Below, one piece after another: positions 40,116 through 53,600 of a DNA stretch of 64,000 nucleotides. The notes under the pieces were generated by a model. It made no database searches, had not been told where the DNA came from, and saw nothing but the letters and a program-made list of their open reading frames with translations. The DNA lies in assembly GCF_009914755.1 (NCBI RefSeq), contig NC_060925.1; one strand, 5' to 3'. How positions within the stretch are numbered: position 1 is the stretch's first letter; each line of letters starts with the position of its first letter. The translations under genes and the position numbers were made by a program. Source of the stretch: the human T2T-CHM13v2.0 reference genome, Homo sapiens.

Positions 40116-42758
40116 CTGAAAGGAAAGAGAAATAGCCGATGGGTAGAAAACCAGGGTGAAGGGACTCAAGGCTGAACAGGACCCCTTCCTTTCTGTTTTT
40201 CTCCTTCTGTTGTAAAGGGCTCTGATCTGGCACTGCTTTAGGTTCAGAGCCCACCTAGAAGACTTGGGAATAAAGTCCCAGGACCCAGGACACAATGTGT
40301 GCTTCTCCCATAATATCCTGCCCTGAGATGGGTGTACACATACACATGCTGACCACAAGGCGTGTTCTCACACCTGTTTCCACAAGGCATGTTCTCACAC
40401 CTGTTTCAGCTTTCAGTTTGCAAACAAATTGATGTTACATGTCTTTTGTATTCAATAGGCTCAATAACTTCCCACAATTACAGTCTCAAGTAAATTCAGC
40501 TCCTAGCTTCACAGAAGTTCCCGTAAAACTTGGGGAGTGCTCATACAGGAGAGGCACACTTGGTTTCAAGTCCACCCCTTCTCTGAGCCTTGATATCCAG
40601 CACTGCCCCCTCCCACACTCTCCCTAACACCTTCCCTAACATCCATGAAGTCCCACAGGCTCCTATCCTTCACCCTGCATACGTGGGCCATCAATATGAA
40701 CTAGCCAAGCAAGAGACAGAGTCATCTTTAACCAATGGGGAAACTAAGACAAAAAGGCCTAATGTTCAGACTATGACCCAGAGAATTTCTGACTCAGGCC
40801 TATGCTCCACCTAGGTCAGGCCTGGGTTCAAACAAGCTTGTTGTTTTGCTTTGTTTTGGTTTGGTTTAAAGTAAAAAAAAAAAAAGACTGGGGATAGATT
40901 GCCTACAAGGATCTGAGGGCATGAGGCCCCCATGTCCTGGACACCAACTGGAAATCACCACCCCCAGCATGTCCCTGGCTACTTCCAGAAAGAGCAGTAT
41001 CTCAGACTTGCTTGGAAACTTCTTTTTTTTAAAGTGTGTTGGGGGGGGGGGAGATTAAACTCCAATTAAACTATAATTACACTTAATGAATACCAAATAC
41101 CCAACTCACAGAAATTGCTGGCTCTAAAAGGGAAGGTTATTTTCTCATGGTGACTTACATGGAATGGTAATATACACCTTTTAGGGAGAAATTTTCATTT
41201 TAAAAACGCTGAGCTCCTCTAGGTGGGTTTCTGTAGTTCATCAAGTCATTATTAGGTGGTATTTTAAGGAAGTGTAAGGACACAGCCACTCTATTTTATA
41301 TTCCAGAAACTGTTTTTATATTAATCTGTATTTTAATTGGGTAACAGCTGCTGCCTACAGACTTCCCATGGTCTAAAAGGAAAATAAATTAGAAAGATTA
41401 ACTACACTGTTGTTTTGCAAAGCTTTAACCCACAGCATGCCCACCCGGCTGGCACCTCCACACCCTTTCCTTGCCTGGAAGACCAAAGAACTGCCCAGTA
41501 GAGGGAGGGCCTGAGTCAAAGAGAAGAAAAGATGGTCCGCTAAGGGCTGGGGGGCTGGGAGTGGGGAAGTGCCCTCAGTCAGCAGCTTCAATAATCTTGG
41601 AGTACAAAGGACTCCTCCTTTTATTTAGTCAACAACTATTCATAGAAAGCCTACTACGGGCTGGGCCGCATTACAGGAACTAGAGATCCGGCAGTGAAGA
41701 AAAATGTAAAAACTCTGCCCTCATGGAATACATGTTCTCAGCAGCCCCCTCCTACACCCAGCCCCAACTAGTACCGAGAGCCTCTACATCTTCCAGAGCC
41801 GCAAACCGAGCAGGCAGTTGCCCTGTTTTGCCTCAGGCATGAAGGGGCCAAAGAGAGTCAGGAGGAGGCTTATTACCAACCCCAGATTAGTGACAGACAC
41901 CCACAGGCCCACCGCTGCCCATTCTGGTCCAGCTTCTCTCCTGTTAAGCCTAGGGCTTAGACACATCTTCAGGCCTGGAGCTGAGGCTCAACATCAGGAC
42001 CATCCTGGAAAAGGCGGACCACAGCCACTCTCACTTCTTAGGAAGCTCCAGGGTCCAAATGTTAGTCTTGTGTCTGGTCTGAGTTTCAGGCGGCAAGGTT
42101 AGGTCCACTCCTTCTCTTGGCTCCCACCAAGGGTCTCTCAAATGAGCTGAATGCCAAGGGCTTAAAGAAAGTCTCACTCACACAGGAAAGCAATGCACCC
42201 TTGCCAAGAGCCCTCCCTCCCTGGAGATAAGGCTTAGGTCAGCACCTGTGTGTACCCCATAAGCCCCTGCCCTGGGCCCCAGGAAAATCACTGATGTGGG
42301 GCAAGAAAATCACTACACCAAAATGGAAAACCAGGGTGCTGCTCTGGTGTTCTGCTGCAGGATGCCTCACTGCAGACTAAACCCAACTCTCCCACCTGGA
42401 GCTGGGGAAATGGAGCTCCAGCATCCTGGGGCTTTCACAAACTCCACTCCAGTGCTCAGTGATCCTAGAATCATCAGCCTGGGAGGAGCCTAGTGAGGTC
42501 AGCTCCTTCTCTCACCATGCTTCCCAGACAACAGCCATTTTCATTTGTGGCCCAGTAAAGCATGGCTCACAGCTGAGCTCCTCAAGGATTTGCATTTAGC
42601 CCCCAGAGACACAGGGGCTTGAGCAGTTGGCTCAGCTAGACAAAGCCTTCTCAGGGAAGGCCTCAGGCTCCTGTATTAATCCCTCCAAGGATGGACCACC
42701 CCTTTTCAGCTCTGCCAAGGCACTGGACAAAGAAGGGATGAAATTAAAGTTAGTTCTG

Positions 42759-42886
42759 GGCTGGGCATGGTGGCTCAGCCTGCAATCCCAGCCCTTTGGG
42801 AGGCTAAGGCAGGAGGACTGCTTGAGCCCAAGAATTTGAGACCAGCTTATGCAACATAGAGAGACCCCATCTTTTTTTTTTTTTTT
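42759..42886 (+). mobile_element. Alu left monomer (FLAM-like) followed by T15
   Basis: ggctgggcatggtggctcagcctgcaatcccagc...gagaccccatc followed by a T run. Confidence 0.85.
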
Positions 42887-44030
42887 AAGTAAAAATTAGT
42901 TCCTCTACCTGATACTAATGACCTATAAGACACGTGTAAGGTTTATACAGGATGCTATGAGGGAACGAGACAATTTTATCAAATTAATACTGGGAAGTTC
43001 TATCTTAGGCCTAACTTAAATCCTTCATGTTACAGTTTAAGCCCAGTCCCACTTGGGTTAATACATGTTTGTAAAAAGCTTTCACTCCTTACAATGAAAG
43101 GTACTAGAGCAAAGCCAAGTATTACTAAGCTGAGAACCAGGGCTCACAGGCTAAACAGAGCTCAGAGACCTTAGCCACTTAAAGCAGGAGAGGTGAGAGG
43201 AAGAATTAATGTGTGCTCTGTGGCTCCTTTCAATGAGGGATTACAGATTAACTCCCACTTCTCCAGACTCAGAAACCACAAGGCAAGGGGCTTTTGACCC
43301 TGACTGATAACATGGCTGGTTACTGAGATCCCCTACCCTCACAAGGGCTTTGTCCAGGAATGAGCTGGCTTCATCAAGAACACTAGCAACTACAGGAAGC
43401 AGCCCAGGAAACTCAGTGCCAATAGCATGTCAGCATCCAGTGCTTTCTCCTTTCACAGTTTATCTCCAACACAATCGTATTCTGACACCAAGACAGTTTG
43501 TTGATTACATAAGCACTTGTCTCTGGTGTGCAATCTGATAATCAGACCCACTCTTTCTCTTCAGACAAAGAGACCAATAAATCTCACCCTTTATAAGTAC
43601 AGGTGCAAGACAAAGCCCTTTACTGGCACTTAGCAAAATGAGTATTTCTCTAGTTTTTTTTTCATGATAACAACAACAAAAAGAAGACATGGTTAGGGAC
43701 TGTGCAGCAGCCCAGCTGCTAGAGATAGAGACTTGATGAACTGGAGCAGATTCTAGAGGTCAAAGGGAAAGGGCTCGGGAAGGAATGAAACACATCCCAT
43801 CCTATCTCTGTCAGAACCACGTCTCCAGGCCGACTCTCAACTGAAACTAAGAAGGGACCTCAAGAAGGGTACTAACACATTCCTAATATGAAGCAGTAAA
43901 AGTAGGAGTCTCTCTGTGTGTGCTAGAGACTTGTTCAAACTGGAATCCTTCTTCCTACTGTCCAGCACTGAGCCTGCTTCTCTCCCCAAGCATGTGCCCA
44001 TGTGTGTGCACATGTCATACGCATGTGCGT

Positions 44031-44053
44031 GCACACACACACACACACACACA
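44031..44053. repeat. (CA)n microsatellite
   Basis: Seen directly. Confidence 0.9.
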
Positions 44054-44409
44054 CTGGGGTTAAGAACTTCTTGTGCACAAGAGAGAAAATCCTGCCAGAG
44101 GAACTACTTAAGTATAATCTGGAGGTTTGGGACTGTTCCTCACACTTACTAATGAGAGATTTTCTCTGGTTGGAATGACCTCCATCCCCACCCGCAAAAG
44201 GCACCAACTGCCAGGTTGGATGAGGTTTCAGAATGACAGCCCCCATCCTGTGTCTATGCCTCTCGGAGATACAATTCCATCTGGTATGGAGACAGGGCAA
44301 AATATATATGATCTGAGGTTTTCCAAACAAGACTTTACTTACTTACTCAAAATAACAAGTCAGCAGTACAGTTGTTTTTGGGAGAGACAGAAAATAACTC
44401 CTTGACAAT

Positions 44410-44800
44410 ATTCATTCATTTAAGGGACACGTATCAAGTGTTTACTTGGTAGCAGACCCTAATGATGGGATGGAGATGGATCAGGTCTAGTTTCTTCCCT
44501 CAAAGAACTTATAGTCTAGTGAAAAGACAGATAAATAATTATAGTATAAAGTATCTGATCAGTTCTATGTTGGAATAAGCACAACTCAATCTGGGGATCA
44601 GGGAAAGTGACCCTAAGCAGAGTCCTGGAGGTCAAGCAGGAGTTGGCGGGGAGAGTGGGAACTCTGTGCAGGCAGGAGGACCATCATGTGAAAAGACAGA
44701 CTGTAAGAGGGCAACCTCTGGGTGAGGGGAGCTAGGTGGGAGATGAAGCAGAGAGATATGAGGCTGGCCAAAAAAGGATGGACAAGATCATGGCGAGTTT
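44410..44800 (-). mobile_element. L2 fragment
   Basis: ttcattcattt...caagtgtttactt...tccctcaaagaacttatagtctagtg. Confidence 0.6.
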
Positions 44801-45310
44801 TGAGCTCTGGAAACCTGAGACAAAATGGCAGACCCGGTGCCTACAGAACAACCACATTTTCACTTTTAGAACAGCCTTCATAATAAAGATCCCAACTACC
44901 ACTCCTACTCCCCTCCAAATTATGTATGTGCATCCTTGGGTGAAACTTTCTAGAGAGAAGAAACTGTTCATCATAGTCTCACAATCCCTCCTCCCATTCC
45001 CACAAAAAGTAGCAGCAGCAGCCTTACTCTAAAAGAAGTCCCTCTTCTTCCGATACTCTCAAGCATCCACTCCTGCCCAGGGTCCAGCTCCAGCAGAATA
45101 CTGTTACATTCCTAAACAGGTAGCAAACTTACTAAAATTTGGGCCTGCCTGTCTACGTAAGGACAAGAGGACATTAGCCTTTCAAGGCCAGTGGAGGGCT
45201 CAGGTAACTGGCTGGCTTAAAGAAAGTCTTTCCTTCCCTTCGCATAAGCAAGGGAATTTTCATCATCATTAAAATGGTGATTTTTCAAAAAGGGCAGAAA
45301 AGTCAGATTA

Positions 45311-45324
45311 GCGCCCCCTGGTGG
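45311..45324 (-). promoter_or_regulatory. CTCF binding motif
   Basis: Minus strand reads taCCACCAGGGGGCGCTAa, essentially the core CTCF consensus with the CpG retained. Confidence 0.8.
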
Positions 45325-46514
45325 TATAGGTAAATCCCAGGGGAAAGGGGAAACCCCGGCAGAGGAAGGCGAAAACCAGAACCCAACATCATTAGTTGGA
45401 ATAACAAAAGGCTTAAGAGGCTAGGCGCCTTGGCAGATGGATGCCTGCAACAAAAGCCCCACCTGGGTCAGCTGGCAAACACTGGCATCGAATTCAGGAG
45501 CAACCTTGAGACCTCCTGTCTGGGCTAAGTCAGCCTCAGGGCCCACCAGGGTCAAACAGGCTCATCCCCAGCCTTCTTACCAAGGAGACTGTTTGGGATA
45601 ACTCAAGAACCCTTTTTCACCTATTTCATTCACATGTAGAAGATAGGTCTCTAAATGAAGGCACAAAGTCTCTAATGTACCTCAGCCCCAGACTCTTAAA
45701 AGATTCTCATCACCCCTGCTACCACACATTCTTAACCCCTGATTGCACCACAGCCTGTTGGCCACCACTGAGTGCATTACATGACATGTCACAGGGAAAA
45801 GTAGCCACAGAAGACTTCACACAGTTCTGGGAGTTAGAACTTGCAGGGGCTCCTCCCCTCTGCCAATGGCTCTTTTGAGCCTCCAGCAATCATTAAAATC
45901 TCAGTTAGGCCCAGTTTCACAATCTGTAAAATGCAACCAATACTAACCTGCTGACAAGGAGGCCAAGTACAGTACCCACCTAGGATAAGCAGATTTCAGC
46001 CTTGGCCAGCCAGGTCTCATGCTTCACTGAGACCACTCTTCTCTTCCCTCGGTGACAGAATGTACCTTCGACAAACTCAACCTACGCTTCACACAGGACC
46101 ACTTTACAGGAGGACAGAGTAACAATGCCAGAAAGCTAAGAAGGCCTGAACATAACCCTGCCTTCCAAGTGGCTGAAATCTTTACCTCTTGCCAAGGGGC
46201 CCTAAGGGAAATTGAACTGGAAAGAACTTGAACCCCAGAAATGCCATTCTGCTCCTGGTCTCCAAGTGCCGGTCACCAGGAAGGGATGCTGGGGAAGCAG
46301 GGGTAGACTAAGCCACTGCTCTCCCTGGGTCCCCAGTAACAACAGTGACCTGAGTGGAGTGGCAGACTTCATAAAACCTAACTGCTAGGTCTAGTGTGCA
46401 CTTGCCTTAAGGATTGATAAGCCCTATGCTTTCTCTAAGTGGCCTATATAGAGCACCAAGGATTCCAAAATTCCCCTCCCAGCAGCCCCTGCTGCCCACT
46501 TCCAGGGCCCTTAC

Positions 46515-46631
46515 CTCTGTACAGAATGGGGTAAGCTGTGGATGGACTACAGGCTGGACATACATGTGAAAGGTAGACTCAATCTCCATGGTCCGGCCAT
46601 TTAGCTTTAGGATGGGGAACTCGATGATTTC
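46515..46631 (-). CDS. ERI3: ERI3 coding exon (probably exon 4), 117 nt, phase 0/0: EIIEFPILKLNGRTMEIESTFHMYVQPVVHPQLTPFCTE
   Basis: Acceptor ttttctgtatctttggcactccag|GAA and donor GAG|gtaagg. The peptide matches the ERI-1-family 'EIIEFP...F..YV.P...P.LT.FCT' signature. Confidence 0.97.
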
Positions 46632-49611
46632 CTGGAGTGCCAAAGATACAGAAAAGGAAAAATAAGTTATTGTAATCAACCATTTCCAACAGTAGCTCCA
46701 AGTCAACAAAGAATGAGTGTTTTGGATTCATTAGTGTTTTGGGTTCATTAGCTCCTGCCAGGCCAAACCCAAGATTGAGTGAGACGGCACCAGCAGTTAC
46801 AATCCTAACCTTCCCACTGCTAATATCCTCATAGGTTCCAGGGACTGAACACAGCCCTCATCCCCATTGTTTCTGGAAATGGGAAGGAAGACAGTGGTAT
46901 CATCTGCCCCAGTTTCTCCAACTGGTTCTCTAGCAGAGGCTTGCTAACTTGAGCCCCTAAGAATACGCCCTTCTTTCTCTTGCCCAGGTCCCTGTCCTGA
47001 AATGGGTCTGATCTCCTGCCATATAGACAACCAGCCATCAGACCAATGCATAGATTTCCTTGTATGAAGTTTGAACCAAGCTGGTAAGTTTCTTCATTAG
47101 TTCTTATTTTTCAAAAAAAGATAAAAAATAAAGCCAAAGGGGATCCCAAAGAGAAGGAGAAAAGAGTAACAGTAATAGGAGCTAGCGCCTCCCACCTTTC
47201 AGGCAGCACACACTACCTCTACAACGCCAGCCCAATCGCTTAGCTAGCCTTTCCCAGTCCACTGAAACATAATGGAAGAGAAGGACGAGGAGTGACAATT
47301 TGTTTGGTGTCTCTAAGATTAATTTGTCTCCGCTATTTAATAGAGATGCACAGCACCAAGGTCCTGGTGTGCAAACAGGCTTGCAGAACGCTGGCTGTGC
47401 AGCACGCCTCATACATCGCTCCTGGGAAGGGAGGAACGCACCAGAGTGGGGAGAGGGCAGAAGAGAGCACGTGCGTACCAGAGAGAAGAGGGAAAGCGAG
47501 GAGAGAGAATAAAAAAAATTATTGCTTTTTAATATTCAAAAACAGTTTGCAAAATTTAATCAAAGCAGAGGAAAAGCTAACATTTTTACCACTTTGACAT
47601 TTTTATTAGCGCTTTCATAAATTTTTAAAACATGAATGGAATTAGTTTACAACACAAAAAAAAACTGCCCTGAAAACATCTGGAAGAGACAAATAGGAAA
47701 TAATAAAAAAAATAAATAAAAGCAAAATTCTCTGAGTAAAATTAGCATGTGGAAAGGGCCTCCACTGCAGAGAGAAAGGAAGGGGGCTCTGCCTATTCAG
47801 TGACCCTAATAGTCAGCTCCAGCAGCACCCCTTCCCCAGGTCCTTCATTCTGGAGAAGACCTTTCCAGTATCATTAAAATCAAGGTAAAGTGGTTCTCTC
47901 CAGAGACAGCCTGGAGAAGCAACACGAAACGGATGACACCTGACTGCACTTAGGAAATTGATGGGTGGGAAAACACAAGGAGAAATGGTCAATCTCCTTG
48001 ATGTCCCAGGAAAGCCAGGTATCCTCCCGGCAAAACATACCCACTAATATTGGGCTTGTTTTTAAAGCATCTATTTCAATCCAACACATCAGGACCGAAA
48101 ACCAAATCAAGTCAGTCAGACTTCATGCCAGAGAGATTCAAAGATTGTGGTTGCCTTGTCTCCGTGGGCTGATCTCCAAAGATGAGGAAGCTGACAGGAG
48201 CTTATTCCCAGAGATAGAAAGGGCAAAATGGCTGCAAGGCTGAGGCAGAGGGGAGAGAAGGGAGGCCCAGACTGCTGCTTAGACCAGGTAATACCTCTCC
48301 TTCCAAGGTGAAGAGAGGGGGACACTCATTTCCCAATTCCCTGGACCTTCTGTTCCCCAAGAAGCATTACATACAGAGTAAATGGGGGTTTGGAACTGAA
48401 TAACAAAATCGAACACACACCAAAAAAATACACATTGGTCCCCCTGCAAAATCAGGTATCCAGGATTCCAAGAGCCAACTCTGAGGTGTTGCCCATGAAT
48501 CAGGCTCATCTGACTCCTGATTTTTCCGATGTGTCCTTCCTCTTCCCCTAAGTAGAAGAAACACTTCCTCAACAGAAAGAGCTCTATAGCCTGGTGAGTA
48601 TGGCTGCCCTGGTGTCTAAGGAAACAAATACAGCCAGCTCCTCACTAACAATGTTAGCTGGGCCCACAATGAAATTTAACCTGTGACACAACTGTACTTT
48701 TCATTTAAACTTTCATTTGGAGAGCAGCAGTGTTTGGAGACCTACAGTTTGTCCTGCTAATAAAGACAAGTGTTGGGACCTTTAAGGATGCCATTCATCT
48801 TTGGCTTTTTATTAAATTCAATTTTCTTAAGCCCATGATACATTATGAAATTAGGAGTTGACATTCCTCTGGAAATAAAAATATCTATCAAACATTAATA
48901 GAAAAAAACCCTCTATTACCAAGAATTTATGGCTTAAAGTTGATCTCTTTCCACTTTTTTACAAGCACATGGTTTGTTTTAGATATCCGAAATGCTATTA
49001 TAGATCTAGGATTTCATTAGTATTTATTATAAAATAGTATGTGCTTCAGCTTCCACTCTGACCAGCACCAAGTCAACATCCCCAGCAGACTCTCTGGAAA
49101 CTTGGCCTTTGGGTTTCCGCATTGCAGCAAATAACAGCAAATACTGTAGCTCAATATTCAAACTTTCCTGATGTTAGCTTCCTCACCCATAGGGAAATGG
49201 GGCCAACTACGTGCTGAAACTCAGTGCCATGCTCCCAGAGAGGAAGAACAAGCCAGACTCGGATCCACGCAAAAAAAAAAAAAAGGAGGGGGGTAGGCCC
49301 CTGAAATTCCCAGGGTGCCTACACCCAAGGCTCAGGACACATCAAATTGGGCCTATTATAAACATATCTCTGATAATGCTAGCTCATCAGCCAAGCCTTC
49401 TCCCCAAGACCAAGAAGAGGTGGTTTCAAGCACCAGTCTCAAAACGTGACTTTGCAGGGGCCCTTCCTCCACAACATGAGGAGCTGTTATTAACAATGAG
49501 CCTACACACTGGCATATTCACTTGAGCTACTGAGGATGCAAAAGAGAAGCTTCTGAGAAAAGACTCTCTGAGAAATTAGAGCAGCAAGGACCTCACTGAG
49601 GTACTTCTTAC

Positions 49612-49755
49612 CTTCCCATATTGCCCAGCCAGTACTTCCATACTTCCCAGAACCTCAAAATACTGGCCCAAACAGCCCAGTAGTGGGAGAGGTGCCCCAA
49701 TCTGCACCAAGTTGGCACAACTCTGCAGCCAGGGCACCTGAAGCATGACAAACAT
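49612..49755 (-). CDS. ERI3: Alternative first coding exon of ERI3 (48 codons): MFVMLQVPWLQSCANLVQIGAPLPLLGCLGQYFEVLGSMEVLAGQYGK
   Basis: ATG with A at -3 and an open frame of exactly 48 codons, ending on a strong phase-0 donor AAG|gtaaga that is in frame with the 46631 acceptor. I recall a shorter annotated ERI3 isoform with this N-terminus, but this is unverified. Confidence 0.7.
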
Positions 49756-51315
49756 TTTGAAGATTTTTAGCTGATAATGATCAGAGATGGAACCCCAACA
49801 CTACAGGTTAGTGGCATTAATCCCAACACAAAGATTTGTGACAATGTGCCCAAGTGCCAGCCTCTATGTCCAGTTGCTCAGATAATGAAACTGTTATTCC
49901 TGACCCTGACCTTTTCTCTCAGCCAATTTCATCATTCCCCTAGGAAGAGGTTTATTTCAGAAACAGTTTTGTGTAAAAGTAGCACCAGGAAGGAAGGAAG
50001 GACCAGTCGTATTTACCAGCCCTCTTTCCCTATCCTAATAATAGCTTTACAATTCTTTGCCTTTGTATGCCATTTGCATTCAATTAAACTACCTGAGTGC
50101 CTACTTTGTGTAGGCTATCAGACAGGGGCTGGAGCAGGACTAGAGATAAGATGTAGTCTCCACTTTGGAGAAGCACATGGACTATGAGTGGAAAAGATAG
50201 GCAAACAAAGAACAGTACACTGTGATAAATACCTTAGTGGAGGGACGTACACAGTGTTGTTTTTCCATTCACAAAAGTGTAGTTTCACATACATTTTCTT
50301 ATTTTACCCTCCTTAATCCTGGCAGACAGGTTACATCATCATCACCATCACCATCTTCAGGTCATAAATCAATACTATTAAGCATCTACTATTCACCAGG
50401 CAGGGGCTGGCTGTAGACACAGAGATGAATACAATGAAAGGTGGCTCCTCTCTCTGAGATGCTCAAGTCTGGGCAAAGGGTGAAGAGGAGCTGGCCTCCA
50501 GTGCTCTCCAAGACATGTGGAAAATGCAATCGTTTTATTCCATTTATTGTTTACTACGTGGCAGATACTGTGCTAATAGGAATGATCTCATTTAATCCTC
50601 CTAACTCATGAGGTGGGAATCATAGTCATCCCTATTTCACAAATAAACTAAGGCCCAAAGATGTTAACTCACTTGCTGACACTTACACTGCTTGTGAGGG
50701 ACAGAGCTGGAACTCCAAAATGGGAAAATGAGAATGAGACTTAAGAGTAGGACTAGCAGCTTTCAAAATATGAAGGGTCAAGAAAGATCTGGTTCTCTTA
50801 GTCTAAAAGGCTATCCTGTAGAGAACTCAAGTCTACCATCTAGAAAGAGAGGCTGCTCTCAAATTTTAAGAGCAATGAATGTGGACTCTCCAGGCAGAAA
50901 AGTTCTAGAGTTTGCTACTGAAAAGACTCCACCATGGCTGCAGTAACACAGATGGCACAGATGGCATCAGGGAAGGCAGGAACCATGTGCCTTCAGTGTG
51001 ATCTCCAGCACCTAATTCCTATGCTGGCACACAGGCTTCACTCTCTCAACTTTTGTTGTGTAATCACATGAAAGGGCTGCTAAGTGGAGGAGACAAGCCA
51101 AAGGCCTAGCTGTACCAGAAGACACAAAACTCTCCGCAGAATCAGAGAGGGGAAATGATCTGCCTAAGATGTCAAAGATGGTCAGTGGTACAGCCAGGAT
51201 TCAAACTCAGATATTTCACAGTTCAAAGCACTTTCTACTAGATCTACTCTCATCTCTGAGTGGTTTCCTCCCTGAACTACTATAAACCACCAAATCCCAG
51301 TCTTACCTAGGGTAA

Positions 51316-51668
<353 letters not shown>

Positions 51669-51962
51669 AACATGGACTTTCAATGCTAACACTGAAACAC
51701 CATTCACAAACTACCTACAGCACTGGGCTGTCTGCCAACGGTGGATGAAAACTGGCCATAACTTAACAGCTAAGAACAAAAGCCTCAGAATTGGGATTTT
51801 TCAAATATCCAAGGTTCCAAACCTATTGTACCTACTGTCTCCCTCAATATTGTCCCTGTAGATCTTTTGTTGAGGAGAGAGAAGACAGAAATAAAAATGA
51901 AGCACCAAACAAGCATTCATCTACCTTGTAAAATGGGTTGGAGCAGAGATTTTAAACACAGC

Positions 51963-52260
51963 TTTTTTTTTTTTTTTTTTGAGTCGGAGTCTCACTCTGT
52001 CACTCAGGCTGGAGTGCAATGGCACAATCTCCGGCTCAATGCAACCTCCGCCTCCCGGGTTCAAGCAATTCTCCTGCCTCAGCCTCCCAAGTAGCTGGGA
52101 TTACAGGCACCCGTGACCACACCCGGCTATTTTTGTATTTTTAGTAGAGACAGGGTTTCACCATATTGGCCAGGCTGGTCTCAAACTCCTGACCTCAAGA
52201 TCCGCACGCCTCGGTCTCCCAAAGTGCTGGGATTACAGGCTTGAGCCACCACGCCCGGCC
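51963..52260 (-). mobile_element. Alu (S-like)
   Basis: Full-length antisense Alu. Confidence 0.95.
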
Positions 52261-52542
52261 CCTGGCTGCTCTCTAATTGCTCAGCTAGGAACCCCCAATG
52301 ATTTCCTTGATAAACTGAGGACACAACTGCAACAGCATTTCAAATGAAATTTCACACCCACGATCAGTAGATTACAAGAAATAAATGTGTAAGTTGCTTT
52401 CGGGGTATTCAAACTCCCTCCAACTGAAGTGTCTGCAGAAATAAAAATAAATTTGAAGATAGAATAACAACAAGAGGATTTAAGCAGAAGGCACTCAGGT
52501 TAGACTGTTGGGATTCATAAAACTGGGACAGAGGGTTTATAA

Positions 52543-52833
<291 letters not shown>

Positions 52834-53339
52834 CCAGAGGGTTTAATAGAGTAGCATTCTAGCCCTTTTTTCCTAAGCATAGATTCTCCTCTGCCTGAGC
52901 TGATGTTTCTATGTCCTATCTGAAATAAGAGAATGAGCAGATCATTTTTCATGGCTTCCCCCTCCCAACCTAGGAAGAAGGAACTGGCTTTCCTTCAAAA
53001 CAACTAATCTATTCCTTCAACCCTCGGAAGAAAATTCCAAAAAGTGTGTGTCCCTGCACTGAAAGGTTTGATAAAATCTAAAAGCAACACATACCACAAG
53101 GTAGAAAATGCAGTCCCTGGAAAACATGTGGGTTTTACCCAAATATTTAGTTTTGGATAAAAGTCTCATGCAAAGACGGGCCCTTTCTCCAAGGATCAAG
53201 AAGCCTCCTGGCCACAGGGAAGAGGGTAAGTTGGATGGGAGAAGTGAGGGCTACACTGGGCAATGGGGTATGGTTTGCAATAACAGTTTCTCCCTTGGAA
53301 AAAAAAAAGACATTTTATGCACAAGGAGCTTATTTCTTA

Positions 53340-53600
53340 AACAAACACTCGTGGTTTTGATTTACACCACAGTCTGCTCCTAAATAATTTATGGCGGGTT
53401 AAATTTATTGCCAAGCCCTGGCTGGCTGCAAATTCGAATTGCCAAATAATTAGATTTTAGGGCAAAGCTTATAAATTACCCGTCGATTTGTCCGGACTTG
53501 TTTGTCAGTTGCTTTGTGCTTCGGGTCATCTTTGGCATTTGGCTGTTTGGGTTTTAATTGCTGATTTACACTTTGACAGATGAGAGCTGATGCTCGAAGT
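53340..53600. promoter_or_regulatory. Candidate developmental enhancer (PBX-HOX and MEIS site cluster)
   Basis: TGATTTACAC twice (53358-53367, 53562-53571), TGACAG at 53574-53579, TTTATGG/TTTATTG and several TAAT cores. The sequence is non-repetitive with retained CpGs. Confidence 0.5.
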
